This document shows positions 10,719-21,689 of a stretch of 47,145 nt of DNA, in pieces (positions within the stretch are counted from its first letter, which is position 1; each line of letters opens with the position of its first letter). The notes below the pieces were generated by a model. That model was not told where the DNA came from and did not search any database. It saw only the letters and a program-made list of their open reading frames with translations. The stretch is from Craspedostauros australis (taxonomy: Eukaryota), in the NCBI GenBank assembly GCA_030167865.1, contig JALAGF010003024.1, positions 1 to 47,145 on the forward strand, read 5' to 3'. The position numbers and the translations under genes were made by a program.

Positions 10719-12368
10719 TCAGACTTCCTCACTTTCGCTCTCGCTCTCACTTTCCTCCGATTTGGATTCCTCCGATTCAACTGATTCTTCTTCCTCTTCC
10801 GCCTCCTTGCTTTCGCTGGCCTTTGCCTCCTCACTCTCGCTTTCGCTGTCCTCTTCCTCTTTGCTCGCACTCTCATTTTTGCTGTCTTCTTCCTCCTCAC
10901 TTTCACTCTCACTCTTGCTGGCCTTTGCCTCCTCACTTTCACTCTCGCTGTCCTCTTCCTCCTTGCTTGCACTCTCGCTGTCATCGGGCAACAACTTTTG
11001 CGCGAACGACTTGCTCCACTTGGTGTACTCGATCATCTCCTCCGTCGACCAATCCAGGTGCTCGTTGATGTACTCCACGAAGCCCATGGACATGCCCTGC
11101 CTCCTGTGGACCGGCAACGGCGCTAGCTTGTCCAGATCGCATTTCAGCGGCACCTTCTTGCCCAAATCCTTGAGAATGAGCTTGGGCCGTTGCGCCATTG
11201 CATCCGGCCTCGACGCGTGTTCGCTGGGACGATACACGTACTTGTTGTACTTGTTGAACCAGGCGACCGAGTTGAAGTAATTCTTAATTTTGGCGCTGCG
11301 CAGATCCAAGATGGATTGATACGGCTTGCGTCCGTTGAGTGTCATTTCGTACGCGGACGGGGATTTGGTGCAAGGGACGATGCTTTTATAAGGGAATCCG
11401 TACTGGCATTTTGCCTCTTTCCTCTCCTTGATCTCCGTATCCGCATGCGGACGTCGCGTGGTCCATGTCTTCGTGACGAAGTCCTTCCATTCCATGGGCT
11501 GTTTCTCCTTGACATTCCAATGACTTTCCGCATACAACGGCCTGAGCCGCATCTGCTCGACGTAATCGTATGGATTGAGGAAGGAGAGAATGACGAAATC
11601 GGAAGTTTGATTGATCTCATCCGGTCGCTCCTGGAAGAACGGCGACGGCCGATTCGGGTCGAACCCGCTCTGCACCGTCGATGATGGAAAGCATGCCTCC
11701 AGCGTCGTTATCCACCACTCCACGTTGGAATGGCGTTCGCCCACAACAAAGAATCGAGCCTTTTCCGGCGAACTGGTCGCCACCTTGCCAGCCGGCGATT
11801 TGTCTTCGCTCGCGGAGGAGGAAGACGGACCGCTCGACAGGATGTTGTCGCTGTTGTGCGCGACGGCTTCCTGGGTGTCCATGTCTTCGATGTTCGTGAA
11901 TTCGACCTTCTCCGTGGTCCGATTGGCCATGATGAGCATGAAGAGGCAGACGACGACGAGGGTGATGCAGCAGAGCCTCTGCTGCCGTTCCTGCTGCTGG
12001 CGCTTGTAACCTTTGGGGGCGGCTGGAGCGGACAGGATGACGATCCCGTTGTGCTTCTGTTGCAGGGAAGGGTCAGCATGTTGCGTTGGTCGATGATGCA
12101 GCGAAGTGGCATGGCCAGCGACCTCCACTGTGCCGCCACCGTTGAGCACGTCGCCCAGATGTTGTTGCTGCTGCTGCTGCTGCTGCTGTTGGCTGTTGAT
12201 GATTCCGTTGGCAGCAGCAGCGGCAGTAGAAGCTCTCCCAACCATCATCTGCGAAGCGACGGCTGGAGTCGCGCTTGCTCCATTGCCGTCCGCGTCGCCT
12301 GCCTGTCCTCCCACCAACAAGGCCTGCGCTTCCGTATCTGAGATCACTTCTTCGCTGGATTTCATCAT
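10719..12368 (-). CDS. Type II membrane protein with a sulfotransferase-like/P-loop-like luminal domain and an acidic Ser/Glu tail (549 aa)
   Basis: Single TM (LCCITLVVVCLFMLIMA) after basic residues. FFVVGERHSNVEW resembles a 5'-PSB-loop-type start (GxxxSGT-like) and LNPYDYVEQM resembles the R(N/D)PxxxxxS 3'-PB motif. PolyQ at the N-terminus and an SESE-rich C-terminus. Enzymatic assignment is inference. Confidence 0.7.
   Translation of the reverse strand: MMKSSEEVISDTEAQALLVGGQAGDADGNGASATPAVASQMMVGRASTAAAAANGIINSQQQQQQQQQQHLGDVLNGGGTVEVAGHATSLHHRPTQHADPSLQQKHNGIVILSAPAAPKGYKRQQQERQQRLCCITLVVVCLFMLIMANRTTEKVEFTNIEDMDTQEAVAHNSDNILSSGPSSSSASEDKSPAGKVATSSPEKARFFVVGERHSNVEWWITTLEACFPSSTVQSGFDPNRPSPFFQERPDEINQTSDFVILSFLNPYDYVEQMRLRPLYAESHWNVKEKQPMEWKDFVTKTWTTRRPHADTEIKERKEAKCQYGFPYKSIVPCTKSPSAYEMTLNGRKPYQSILDLRSAKIKNYFNSVAWFNKYNKYVYRPSEHASRPDAMAQRPKLILKDLGKKVPLKCDLDKLAPLPVHRRQGMSMGFVEYINEHLDWSTEEMIEYTKWSKSFAQKLLPDDSESASKEEEDSESESEEAKASKSESESEEEEDSKNESASKEEEDSESESEEAKASESKEAEEEEESVESEESKSEESESESESEEV
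10725..10982 (-). repeat. Coding Ser/Glu/Lys low-complexity repeat with an internal duplication at 102-bp spacing (ESASKEEEDSESESEEAKAS x2)
   Basis: gcctttgcctcctcact recurs at 10819 and 10921. Confidence 0.85.
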
Positions 12369-13458
12369 GATGGTGTCTGCAATGCTTCGCTGCTCCTGCT
12401 TATTGTGTGCTTAGATGCCTGCTCTGATGTTCTGATGCTTGGATGCCTTGTTGCCTTGTTGCGTATCTGATGCTTCATGGTATGACCGCGAGAAGGAGGA
12501 AGTGGAGGAACGTGAATGCTCTTGTGTATTCTCGTGTGACTTTTTTGGGATCTGCTGACTCTGGCCTGTCGTTTTGCGTTCGTTCATGCGCGGTTTCAGA
12601 GCACAAGCAGTCGTACCCGTCGTATTTCTGTATTTTGAGGCAAAAGCTGTGATTTAGCACCCAACCACGCAAATGCTATATTTCTGTTTTAGGCACCCTT
12701 CTGACACTTTCCACTCCTTTTTCTTGTTGAGTTGTCAATTCCAAAGACACGAACAGATTCAGCTTCTTCCAACAGCATGAAACCCCTTCTAAGGTATCAT
12801 TGGATGTCCAGTACCACCGTTGTTCTGTATCGCAAATATAGGGACTTACTATTACGTTGATCAGCACGCCTGCATCGTAGTGGTGTCATGTTGAATCCCG
12901 AACAGCTCACAACTGCGACCTTCGCCCATGCAGGATTCGACAATCTACTCATTTTTTCCCTGTGCCCGTTTTCGACTCCATGATTTATCATTGGGCTTAA
13001 TGTATTATGAATGCGCTGTATCAATGACATATGCTTCTGCGCCCTTTCTTATACTTGGAGTAATTTTGGCCCAAACATCGATTGTGAAGGCGACATTTGT
13101 TGAAGAAACGCATGGTTTTTTGCGATGCATGGACATCACAATTAACCGATTCGGGTGACGATGCGCAGTACTATTGGAGTATCGCGGGGTATCGTTGGGC
13201 ACTGGACAAAAAGTCGCCACAGATGAGGGCGACGACTTGCACCACGATCACGCTTGGTTTCGCCAACGAACCCACACAGGAACACAGATCGCAGGCCGCC
13301 ACACCCACCTCCGACAACCCCAAGGGAGAAAAGGTCATGCGGCGCCAGCCCTCTGTCATTTCCTCACTTTGCTCGCACACAAACAACATCGCAAACAACA
13401 TCACAAACAACATCGCAAGCAACATCGCGACACATCACGAGCAACACCAAGGACCACC

Positions 13459-16400
13459 ATGGCGCCGCCAACCGACGAAGCAAACGACAAGGAACCACCT
13501 TTGGGTGAGGCTCCTCCCGATGACGCCGATGATTGCGATGCCAACGACGGCGACAGGCTTCTCGTGCATCCGTCAGCTTCGCCGCCAACAGAGACGGACC
13601 AAGATGGTGATGCACCTCCGCTGCCGCACGGCAACGGCAGCCAGGACACGGACGCAAGCGATGGCACTGCACCAAAACAGGCCCCGTCGCCAAGCGCCCA
13701 CCAACTTGCACGCAGCCTCTCCATCAAGCCCATGCGTAAATCCCAGAGAGCCAGAGCGGCTGGGGCCGTGCCAACCACGGAGTCGGCTGCTGGGCGGAAT
13801 CAAAACGCCATGATGAAGACCATGATCATCCGCGCCGCGTCAGGATCGAACGGTCAAGGAGGAGACGCTCGAAATACGTCCAACCGACGATACCAACGCA
13901 TCTTCCAATCGATGCAGACGGAGCAACCACTGTTGCCCGAATCGTACGAGGACACCGATCCTGAGATGCCATCCCAGAAGAAGTCAGGCGACTTCGCCGG
14001 TGTTGGCGCCAACGCCGTGACTGGCTCGCCGGGAGCAAAGACCGGCGATCACAAGGACGGCAAGGCCCACCATTCCGGGCATTCCGCACATGACGAGCAT
14101 CTTGTCGACTTGGAGAACGCTCGCGCAGCTCCAGGCGTGCAACGATCTGAAGGCGCCGCGATGGGGCAAGCTCCTGCAACTCGGCATTCCGTGCTCTCCA
14201 ACGTGGTGCCCCGATTGGACGCTGCGGGCGAGACTGAGAACGGCATTTCCGACCACGCGCCACCGCAGGATCAGCAACCCGCCGCTGCAGCAGATAATCC
14301 ATCCACGCCTGCGGCCACGAGCTTCCCGGCCGTCCTTGCGCAGAATGCAATGACGGAAGACGAGATCGTCACGGCCATCCAAGAGACGATCGCGCAGCAG
14401 TTCGCCGCCGCGCAACGCCAGGGGCCCGAAGTGCACCTCGCACAAGCGCTTCAGGTTCAGGCCGTCAATGGAGACGAATTTGATGGCAGTGTGGAGGAAG
14501 CCATGGACGAAGCCGTCAACAAAGATATCGACGATGATGTTGAGGCCGCAGGTGTCGCCGCTGCCGCTGGCGTTGACGATGGAGCAAAGGCGCAGCGACG
14601 CATGCGAAACATCGTCATCGCCATCCTCTTCTGCCTCCTGCTCATCGTCGGAGCTGGAATTATTGTCGTCGTCTTCCTCCGAGACAATGGTGAGAGCGGC
14701 ACTCCAAGCAACGCCAGCAACAACAAAGATGTTGCCAAAAACGCCACCGAGACAACCTTCGCCCCATCACCGTTGGAATCCAATCAACCGTCTCCGCACC
14801 GAACAACGCCTCCATCGACACTCCCAACCGCATCTCCAACATCCTCTCCATCTGCATCGGCTACGTCCAGCAGCCCCACCACGCAGCCGACACGCAGCTT
14901 TGACCAGACAGATGAATTCTTCGCCATCCTCGATATCATGGCGGCGGCGTTGGCTGGTGCTCCAACCTTCATCGATATGGCAAAGATTGCAGATCCCAAC
15001 AGCGTTCCGCACCGAGTGTTGGACTGGATGGCAAACGTCGACAAAACCACCACGCCAAGCATCCTCAACGACAACGATGTCGACGGCAACGATGGTGACG
15101 ACAACGATGGTGACGACAACGACTTGGACCTAATCTTCGACCCAGTATTCGTCTTCAACGATCGCGACACCGACACTCCAAAGAAGCTCAAGCACCTCAT
15201 CGAGCTGTACAGCGTCGTCAGCATCTACCTTTCGATGAATGGAGCCAATTGGGATCGGCAGAATGACTTCATGTCACCGGATGTTCACATGTGCCAATGG
15301 AACACATTCGCCTCTGGCGTCCTGTGCTATGAAAGTGGATTCGTGAGGAGACTTGCTCTCTACAGCAACAGCATCGGCACCGAGATCGATCCGGCCATCT
15401 ACAACCTGGTGGAGATGATGGAGTTGGACTTGTTCAAAACTGCTTTACAAGGGCGGCTCTCGTCTCACCTGGGCAGATTGAGCCGGCTGACTCTCCTGCT
15501 AATTGCGCGGACCGAACTGGTTGGAAGCATCCCCACCGAAATTGGCTTGCTGACCAATCTGGAACGCTTTGCTGGCTACGGCACGTGGTTGGACGGCAGA
15601 ATTCCAATTGAGATAGGCAAATGCACCGCGCTCGAGAGATTCCAGGCGTACGAATCACAGATTCGTGGTTCGATTCCAACCGAGATCGGGAAATGCACAA
15701 AGCTACGACAGTTTGAGATCTACGAGTCAAGAGTCTCCGGCAGCATTCCAAGTGAAATTGGCAACTGCACCAGCCTCGCCGAATTCGAAGTCAGCAACAC
15801 CGACATGACAGGATCCATCCCAACTGAATTCGGAAACCTCGCAGCCATCAAGGTGATGGATCTGTTCGAAAGCGACTTCGATGGGGTGATCCCCTCGGAG
15901 CTTGGAAACTTGGAAGCGATGACAGCGCTTCGATTGCACGACAACGCATTCAGCGGTTCCATTCCATCGGAGATCGGCCGGCTGAAGAAGTTGACGTCGC
16001 TCCGGTTACGGGACAATCGCTTGGATGGCATCATCCCAACCACAATTGGAAACTTATCCAGCTTGGTGTTCTTGTACTTTTCGAATAACTCATTGAAAGG
16101 ATCCATTCCGTCCGAGCTTGGATATCTTGCCAAGCTGGAATATGTCACCAGCACCGACAACTCGTTGGAGGGATCGATCCCATCCGAAATCGGAAATGCG
16201 ACGAAGATAAGATCTCTCACCTTCCGCAGCAACATCTTGACTGGGGCACTGCCATCGGAGATTGGAAATTTGGCATCCCTTACTTTTCTATCCGTGTCCA
16301 GCAATCAGCTCCGCAGCAGCCTGCCCACCGAGATAGGGCTCATGACCGGGCTGACAAGCCTGTGGATGCAAGCAAACGATTTCACAGGGCCCTTACCCAC

Positions 16401-16929
16401 TGAGCTGGGCAAGCTGCAATCACTGAGTTTGATCTCGATGCATAGCAACAAGTTCAGCGGGCGCCTCCCCTCGGAGCTGGGTCAGATGCAGGCACTGACA
16501 AATGCGAGACTCAACTCGAACAACCTCACGGGCGAGCTTCCGTCCAGTCTCGGCGACCTTCCGATCATCAAATGGTTCAATGTGAGCGAAAATCAGCTGA
16601 CCGGATCGATCCCATCCGAGATTGGCGAGCTGACCACGCTCACCACCTTGGATCTCAATACCAACCTGCTCACCGGCTCGATCCCGTCTGAGCTCGGGAA
16701 GCTCCGGAAGATAAGCACTCTCAACCTGGGCCACAATCTGTTCAACGAGACGCTCCCAACTGAATTATCAGATCTGACTTCGCTGACGACGTTCAGCGTC
16801 TTCGACACATTCATCACGGGCGATCTCGATCCACTCTTTTGCACCGCAGACCCTCGGCTTGCAAACCCAGATATCCTCGAAGCGAGCAGTTTCACGAACT
16901 GTTCTTGCTGCGACCGAAGAGGCCGATAA
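13459..16929 (+). CDS. Leucine-rich-repeat receptor-like membrane protein: disordered N-terminus, TM, Pro/Thr linker, ~20 plant-specific-type 24-aa LRRs (~1156 aa)
   Basis: First ATG (MAPPTDEAND) at 13459; the ORF-track start at 13174 is TTG. TM is IVIAILFCLLLIVGAGIIVVVFL. Cap region NGANW...CQW..SGVLC, then repeated LxxLxxLxLxxNxLxGxIPSEIGxL, ending CSCC. No kinase domain. Confidence 0.9.
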   Translation: MAPPTDEANDKEPPLGEAPPDDADDCDANDGDRLLVHPSASPPTETDQDGDAPPLPHGNGSQDTDASDGTAPKQAPSPSAHQLARSLSIKPMRKSQRARAAGAVPTTESAAGRNQNAMMKTMIIRAASGSNGQGGDARNTSNRRYQRIFQSMQTEQPLLPESYEDTDPEMPSQKKSGDFAGVGANAVTGSPGAKTGDHKDGKAHHSGHSAHDEHLVDLENARAAPGVQRSEGAAMGQAPATRHSVLSNVVPRLDAAGETENGISDHAPPQDQQPAAAADNPSTPAATSFPAVLAQNAMTEDEIVTAIQETIAQQFAAAQRQGPEVHLAQALQVQAVNGDEFDGSVEEAMDEAVNKDIDDDVEAAGVAAAAGVDDGAKAQRRMRNIVIAILFCLLLIVGAGIIVVVFLRDNGESGTPSNASNNKDVAKNATETTFAPSPLESNQPSPHRTTPPSTLPTASPTSSPSASATSSSPTTQPTRSFDQTDEFFAILDIMAAALAGAPTFIDMAKIADPNSVPHRVLDWMANVDKTTTPSILNDNDVDGNDGDDNDGDDNDLDLIFDPVFVFNDRDTDTPKKLKHLIELYSVVSIYLSMNGANWDRQNDFMSPDVHMCQWNTFASGVLCYESGFVRRLALYSNSIGTEIDPAIYNLVEMMELDLFKTALQGRLSSHLGRLSRLTLLLIARTELVGSIPTEIGLLTNLERFAGYGTWLDGRIPIEIGKCTALERFQAYESQIRGSIPTEIGKCTKLRQFEIYESRVSGSIPSEIGNCTSLAEFEVSNTDMTGSIPTEFGNLAAIKVMDLFESDFDGVIPSELGNLEAMTALRLHDNAFSGSIPSEIGRLKKLTSLRLRDNRLDGIIPTTIGNLSSLVFLYFSNNSLKGSIPSELGYLAKLEYVTSTDNSLEGSIPSEIGNATKIRSLTFRSNILTGALPSEIGNLASLTFLSVSSNQLRSSLPTEIGLMTGLTSLWMQANDFTGPLPTELGKLQSLSLISMHSNKFSGRLPSELGQMQALTNARLNSNNLTGELPSSLGDLPIIKWFNVSENQLTGSIPSEIGELTTLTTLDLNTNLLTGSIPSELGKLRKISTLNLGHNLFNETLPTELSDLTSLTTFSVFDTFITGDLDPLFCTADPRLANPDILEASSFTNCSCCDRRGR

Positions 16930-17218
16930 TGGCGGCTCAGAGCGTATCAGCAGTCACAGTGCCGTGAATGGCACAAGTGTCGGATTCAGTTTCGGGTGAT
17001 ATGGACGAGTAGAGTACTCAAATTAGAAGAGTCCTCAAGTGTAAAGTATGATTAAGATGAATAATACGTCTAGATAGGAAATGATGGGATAGTACTTGTA
17101 CGTACAATGAGCTAGTTGAACTGCCCTGCTCGATGGATTGTTGCATATGGTGCATCTGGAGTACTCGATGTATTTCTGCACGGAATAGCAGTGCATGCAT
17201 GGACACGTCCGAACGCGC

Positions 17219-18097
17219 TCAAGGATCCAACGCCGTGTGTTCGTTGGCATTATGGTAGGGCGGTTGACCATCCTCGTCTTCGTCCGGTTTCTTGATGAAC
17301 CGCTCCCACACGATGCCGATGAGGACGATCACGAGGATGACGTACGTCAGAATATTCGTGACGCGCTGCACGTCGGCAACATCGTCGGCTTCGAAGGTGG
17401 TGACGATGAGCTGGCTGGGGTCCTTGAGCTCGTTGGAAATGCCGAAGCTGGCCCACGCCAGGACGAAGGCGATGACCCAGACCTTGCGTTGGACGGCAGA
17501 AACGGCCGCCACGAAGACGATGATGAGAGACAGCCACGCCGCGGTGAGCTGGTTGTATGCGGCGAATTCCTGCGCCACGAAGACGACGTTGATGTTGAGG
17601 ACGGTGGCCGCGATGATCCATCCGCAGTGGATCTGGAATGGGAATTGTAGGAACCAGTAGATGTCGAGGGGGACCGGGGATTCCTGCGATCGGACGATCT
17701 GGAGCAGCGGGATGAGGATGGCGACCATGGCGAGCACGGAGAGCAGGATGAGCTCGGCGCCGAAGAGGAGGGACCAGATGCCCTGCGCGACGCAGAAGAG
17801 GATGAAGTTGTACCGCACCGTCTCGATGGCCGTCTCGCGGTACTTGGGCAGGAGCTGGACGACGGAGAAGATGAATTCCGCGATGAAGATGATGCCCCAG
17901 ATGGCGAAAGTGAGGCCCGATGGGGTCACGAGGGTCTGGTACTTCTCGGACAGCTCAGCGTTGTCTGGGAAGAACTGCTGAGATCCGAAGGTGAGGCCCG
18001 CGTTGACAACGTAGGCCGCCACGTTGGCGATGTTCAGCCATTTGATGCCGCTTTCGCTGCCGCCGTCGCTGCCGCCGCCGTTCGATGAGGAGGACAT
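17219..18097 (-). CDS. Polytopic membrane protein of the TspO/MBR-related (tryptophan-rich sensory protein-like) type (292 aa)
   Basis: NAELSEKYQTLVTPSGLTFAIWGIIF and PFQIHCGWIIAATVLN resemble the family motifs TPAxxxFxIWGxI and PFxxYxGWxxxAxxxN. About 7-8 hydrophobic segments. Confidence 0.75.
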   Translation of the reverse strand: MSSSSNGGGSDGGSESGIKWLNIANVAAYVVNAGLTFGSQQFFPDNAELSEKYQTLVTPSGLTFAIWGIIFIAEFIFSVVQLLPKYRETAIETVRYNFILFCVAQGIWSLLFGAELILLSVLAMVAILIPLLQIVRSQESPVPLDIYWFLQFPFQIHCGWIIAATVLNINVVFVAQEFAAYNQLTAAWLSLIIVFVAAVSAVQRKVWVIAFVLAWASFGISNELKDPSQLIVTTFEADDVADVQRVTNILTYVILVIVLIGIVWERFIKKPDEDEDGQPPYHNANEHTALDP

Positions 18098-19055
18098 GGT
18101 GGGTTAATGTGGATGTGGATGTGGAATGCAAGTTGGCTGGAGCGGGATGGGTCGAGAGAGTAGTGGTGGGAGGATTATGGCAAGATACTCGCAGTGTACG
18201 AAGTGGAGGATGTCGATGGTGGTGATGGGCAACCCATCCGAGATCTGCGATGCTGTGTTTCTCACTGGATGTTGCTGGTTGGATTTGGAGGAACGTCCGT
18301 TGGGGACACAAACACATGAGACACGCGTCGAATCTACGCCTATCGAATTCTGTGGAATTTTGTGGATGCTTCTTCTACAGACATCACGGTACTGATGTTT
18401 CCGTGCGCTGTTGAGTCCTGGATTTAGCGGTGAAATGATACGTGGTGATTTTTAGGAACCCTGACGCAGAGAACGAGACGAGACAAAAGGTATCGTTCTT
18501 GTTGAGGATGTCTGTCTGTTGTTGTGTTTGTACGACTGTTTGCTTGAATAGCCGATGTGTCTGTCATTCCATTTCTATCCGTTTGTTCAACTGTCACGTT
18601 TTCAGTTTTAGTCCGATCAGTCTGTGAGAAATCGGTTGACATACAGACGATTCGAATGGCGAAAGAAGCAAAGAGAAAAAGCTCTCGTTTGTCTCTCTTC
18701 GCGTGATGACCACAAAGAGGATCTCCACTCACCGTGACGACATGCTGATGTGATGTCGTGGTCGCGTCGCGACTGGTGGTTGGTGGTTGGTCGCTGATGA
18801 TGTCTGGGCTGATTGCTGGATGTGAGCCATTGTCTGAAACCACAACAATCCACAAGTTTGCAAGAAAGCAGAGCGAGAGAAGAGCATCGACATATTATAC
18901 ATACACACGTATTCTATAATACCATACGATCTACTCATATCGTATCGTAGAATACCATCTGAGCACGAGCTATCATACCTGCTGATTGCGTTGCATGCAT
19001 TGCGGTCATCCACAGAGAAGACATTTGAGAAGATAGAAGCAAGAGGTGATTGAAG

Positions 19056-21197
19056 ATGCTGTCTCTGCGCGATGCCGTCTGCAAGATCTCGGTGAGGGGC
19101 TGCGCTCGCAATGGCGCCGTTCGGCACTTCGCGAAGGGCAACGCTGCCATCAATGGGAGAGCCTCTCTGTCGTCAATGGCATCGTCATTGTCACTGTCGT
19201 CAATGGCATCTGCATCGGCCTCTACTGGAGCCATGGCGTCGCGCGTTCTGGCGACCGCGGACAGCCCATTCCATCAGGCAAAGCGAAGCTTGTCAGGATT
19301 GCCGCATTCGGCATCTCCGTCTCCATCGCTGGCAACATCGCTAGCACCATCAGCATCGACACAATCAGCATCGACACAATCAGCATCGACACAATCATCA
19401 ACATCAGCAATAGCGGCAGCAGCAGGGTCGATAAGGACCTTGTCGACGACGACAGGCGCAGAGCCCTCGGCAGAAGAAGGCGCAAGCGAGGGGGAGGAGA
19501 TCAAGTACTCCAAGCACGAGTACCCAACGCGGAAGGAAGCGCCGATCATCTCCAGAAACACCCCCGCGCAAGCCAAGCAGACGCCCTCTGCCGCATCCCG
19601 ATCGCCCAACGATCTCAAGATCCCCAATCACGATCCCTTCGACGACGCCTGTTCGCTCACTGACGACGAGATCTCGACGGTTCTGGACCAGCAGAAACAG
19701 GAACAGGAAAGACTCACGTCCTCCATGAGCTCATTCCCCATCACCGATGCCACGCCCTCCTTCATCCCGCCCAACATCTCCTCCGACCAGCTCGAGGCAC
19801 CGAAAACGCAGATCACCGAGCTCCCCAACGGCGTCAGGGTCGTCTCGCAGGATGTCTACAGCCAGATGTGCACGGTCGGTGTCGTCGTCAATGCTGGCAG
19901 CCGCCACGAACAAATACAGGGCACCGCCCACCTCCTCGAGTCCATGGCGCTCCTCTCCACCAGGGATTACCCGGATGCCATGGAGATCCCCAAGCTCCTC
20001 CTGGATTGGGGAGCCACGCACTTTGCCAACGCCAACCGTGAGCAGACGCTCTACTGCATCGACGTCCTGCGCCCCAACGTGGAAAAGGCCATGCATCTCA
20101 TCAGCCAGGTCGTCCTGCACCCAAACCTATCCGAGGAGGAGGTCGAGCAGTGCAAGATGCTGCTGGCCTTCCAGGCGGAGCAGCCCATTCCGCAGGTGGT
20201 CCTCGGCGAGGCTGTGCATGTGGCGGCGTACGGCGCGGAGCAGCAGCTCGGACGTCGCCACTTCGCGACCCTCGACAACATTCCGAACCTTTCGGTCGAT
20301 TCCCTTCGCGACTTCTGGCGCACCAACATTCTGCAGAATCCGGAGGGCCTCGTCGTTTCGGGGGCTGGCATCGGCCACAAGCAGCTCGTGGAGATGGCAC
20401 AGCGCTACTTTGGAGACATGGAGCAGAAGTCGTCTCCCCTTGCTGTCCCATCTATATACCGCGGCGGAACGTGCACGATCGAACCCATGGAGCCGCTGCC
20501 GATGGAGGAGATGCCAGACGCTCCACCAGCCGTTCATGATGCTGCATCGGCCGACACGAAGGAAACGGACGAAAGCATCATGCCCCAGCCCGAGGATTAC
20601 TGCCACGTCACGCTGGCGTTCCCCGTCGGCGGCTGGCACTCCCAGCATGAGATGGTCACGGCCTGCGTCCTCCAAACCCTGCTCGGCGGCGGCTCGTCCT
20701 TCTCAGCTGGTGGTCCAGGCAAGGGCATGTACACGCGCATGTACCGCAACGTCCTCAACCGCTTTGGCAAGGTCGAAAGCGCCGAGGCCGTCACGTCCTT
20801 TACCGATGAGACTGGATTGATGGGCGTCTCGGGCAGCACGGCGGCGCCCGAGATGGTCCACGACCTCGTCATGATCCTCACAGAGCAACTCATCAACGTC
20901 ATCGCCAAACAAATAACCGACGAAGAGCTGCTGCGTGCCAAAAACATGCTCAAATGCAACGTCCTCAGTCAATTAGAAAGCCGCCTCGTGCTCTTTGAGG
21001 ATATTGGACGGCAGGTGTTGACGTACGACAAGCACGAGAGTGCCAAAACGACGTGCGCGCGCATTGACGCCGTCAAGGCGGAAGACATGAAGATGCTCAT
21101 CGCCAAGATGCTGCAGTCGGGACCCACCATCGCGGCGACGGGCAAGCATCTGGACAAGGTTCCCAATGATCGCGAAGTCAGCCGGTGGTTGCGATGA
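19056..21197 (+). CDS. MPPA: Mitochondrial processing peptidase alpha subunit (peptidase M16 family, non-catalytic)
   Basis: TQITELPNGVRVVS, AGSRHE, degenerate HLLES (no HxxEH), the diagnostic glycine-rich loop LLGGGSSFSAGGPGKGMYTRMY, and LESRLVLFEDIGRQVL. Arg/Ser/Ala-rich mitochondrial-type presequence. ATG at 19056; the track start at 19050 is TTG. Confidence 0.93.
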   Translation: MLSLRDAVCKISVRGCARNGAVRHFAKGNAAINGRASLSSMASSLSLSSMASASASTGAMASRVLATADSPFHQAKRSLSGLPHSASPSPSLATSLAPSASTQSASTQSASTQSSTSAIAAAAGSIRTLSTTTGAEPSAEEGASEGEEIKYSKHEYPTRKEAPIISRNTPAQAKQTPSAASRSPNDLKIPNHDPFDDACSLTDDEISTVLDQQKQEQERLTSSMSSFPITDATPSFIPPNISSDQLEAPKTQITELPNGVRVVSQDVYSQMCTVGVVVNAGSRHEQIQGTAHLLESMALLSTRDYPDAMEIPKLLLDWGATHFANANREQTLYCIDVLRPNVEKAMHLISQVVLHPNLSEEEVEQCKMLLAFQAEQPIPQVVLGEAVHVAAYGAEQQLGRRHFATLDNIPNLSVDSLRDFWRTNILQNPEGLVVSGAGIGHKQLVEMAQRYFGDMEQKSSPLAVPSIYRGGTCTIEPMEPLPMEEMPDAPPAVHDAASADTKETDESIMPQPEDYCHVTLAFPVGGWHSQHEMVTACVLQTLLGGGSSFSAGGPGKGMYTRMYRNVLNRFGKVESAEAVTSFTDETGLMGVSGSTAAPEMVHDLVMILTEQLINVIAKQITDEELLRAKNMLKCNVLSQLESRLVLFEDIGRQVLTYDKHESAKTTCARIDAVKAEDMKMLIAKMLQSGPTIAATGKHLDKVPNDREVSRWLR

Positions 21198-21689
21198 TGC
21201 AGCTGGTGTGTTGTGGCCGAATATAGCGTAATAGTATAGCATAAACGCTTGGCATGATGTAGGATACGTCGTTCCACGCCTGATAGTGCTGGACCATGCT
21301 GCATGACATGCGATGCTTCGTCAATTAGTCGACAACCATTGCCATGAATTGATCGACCGCCTGCCATGCGTTGCGGTCATCCGCTTTGTTGGGGACTTCG
21401 CTTCTTGTCATTCCAAAAGCACTCCAGAATCATTCGCGAAAACTGAGTTTGCGCGCACGGATATTTCATCCAACGCCCTTCAATCCTTCACCCGACATAC
21501 TATTCGGACATCAGGCTTCATGTTATCGTTTCGTTTCAATTTTTACTTTGGATTAGTGTTCAGATTGATATTAACTATTGCACAAAAAGGAATGGTTCGA
21601 ATGAGAATGGCCCGTTGCTGCCGTTGTCACATGCATACTGCTGCCGCTGTCACTGCTGATGTTACCGCATTTCAAATGTGGGTCCAACT

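Noticed and set aside
10606-11280. 224-aa Ser/Leu-repeat ORF on the + strand
   Set aside because: Antisense of the SESE-rich tail of the 10719-12368 gene.
13174-13458. ORF-track N-terminal extension of the LRR gene (HRKQHHKQHRKQH)
   Set aside because: Begins at TTG and translates a CAAACAACAT-type leader repeat; the first ATG is at 13459.
19747-20820. 357-aa Arg/Ser/Pro-rich alternative-frame ORF
   Set aside because: Off-frame overlap within MPP-alpha, typical of GC3-rich coding sequence; no motifs.
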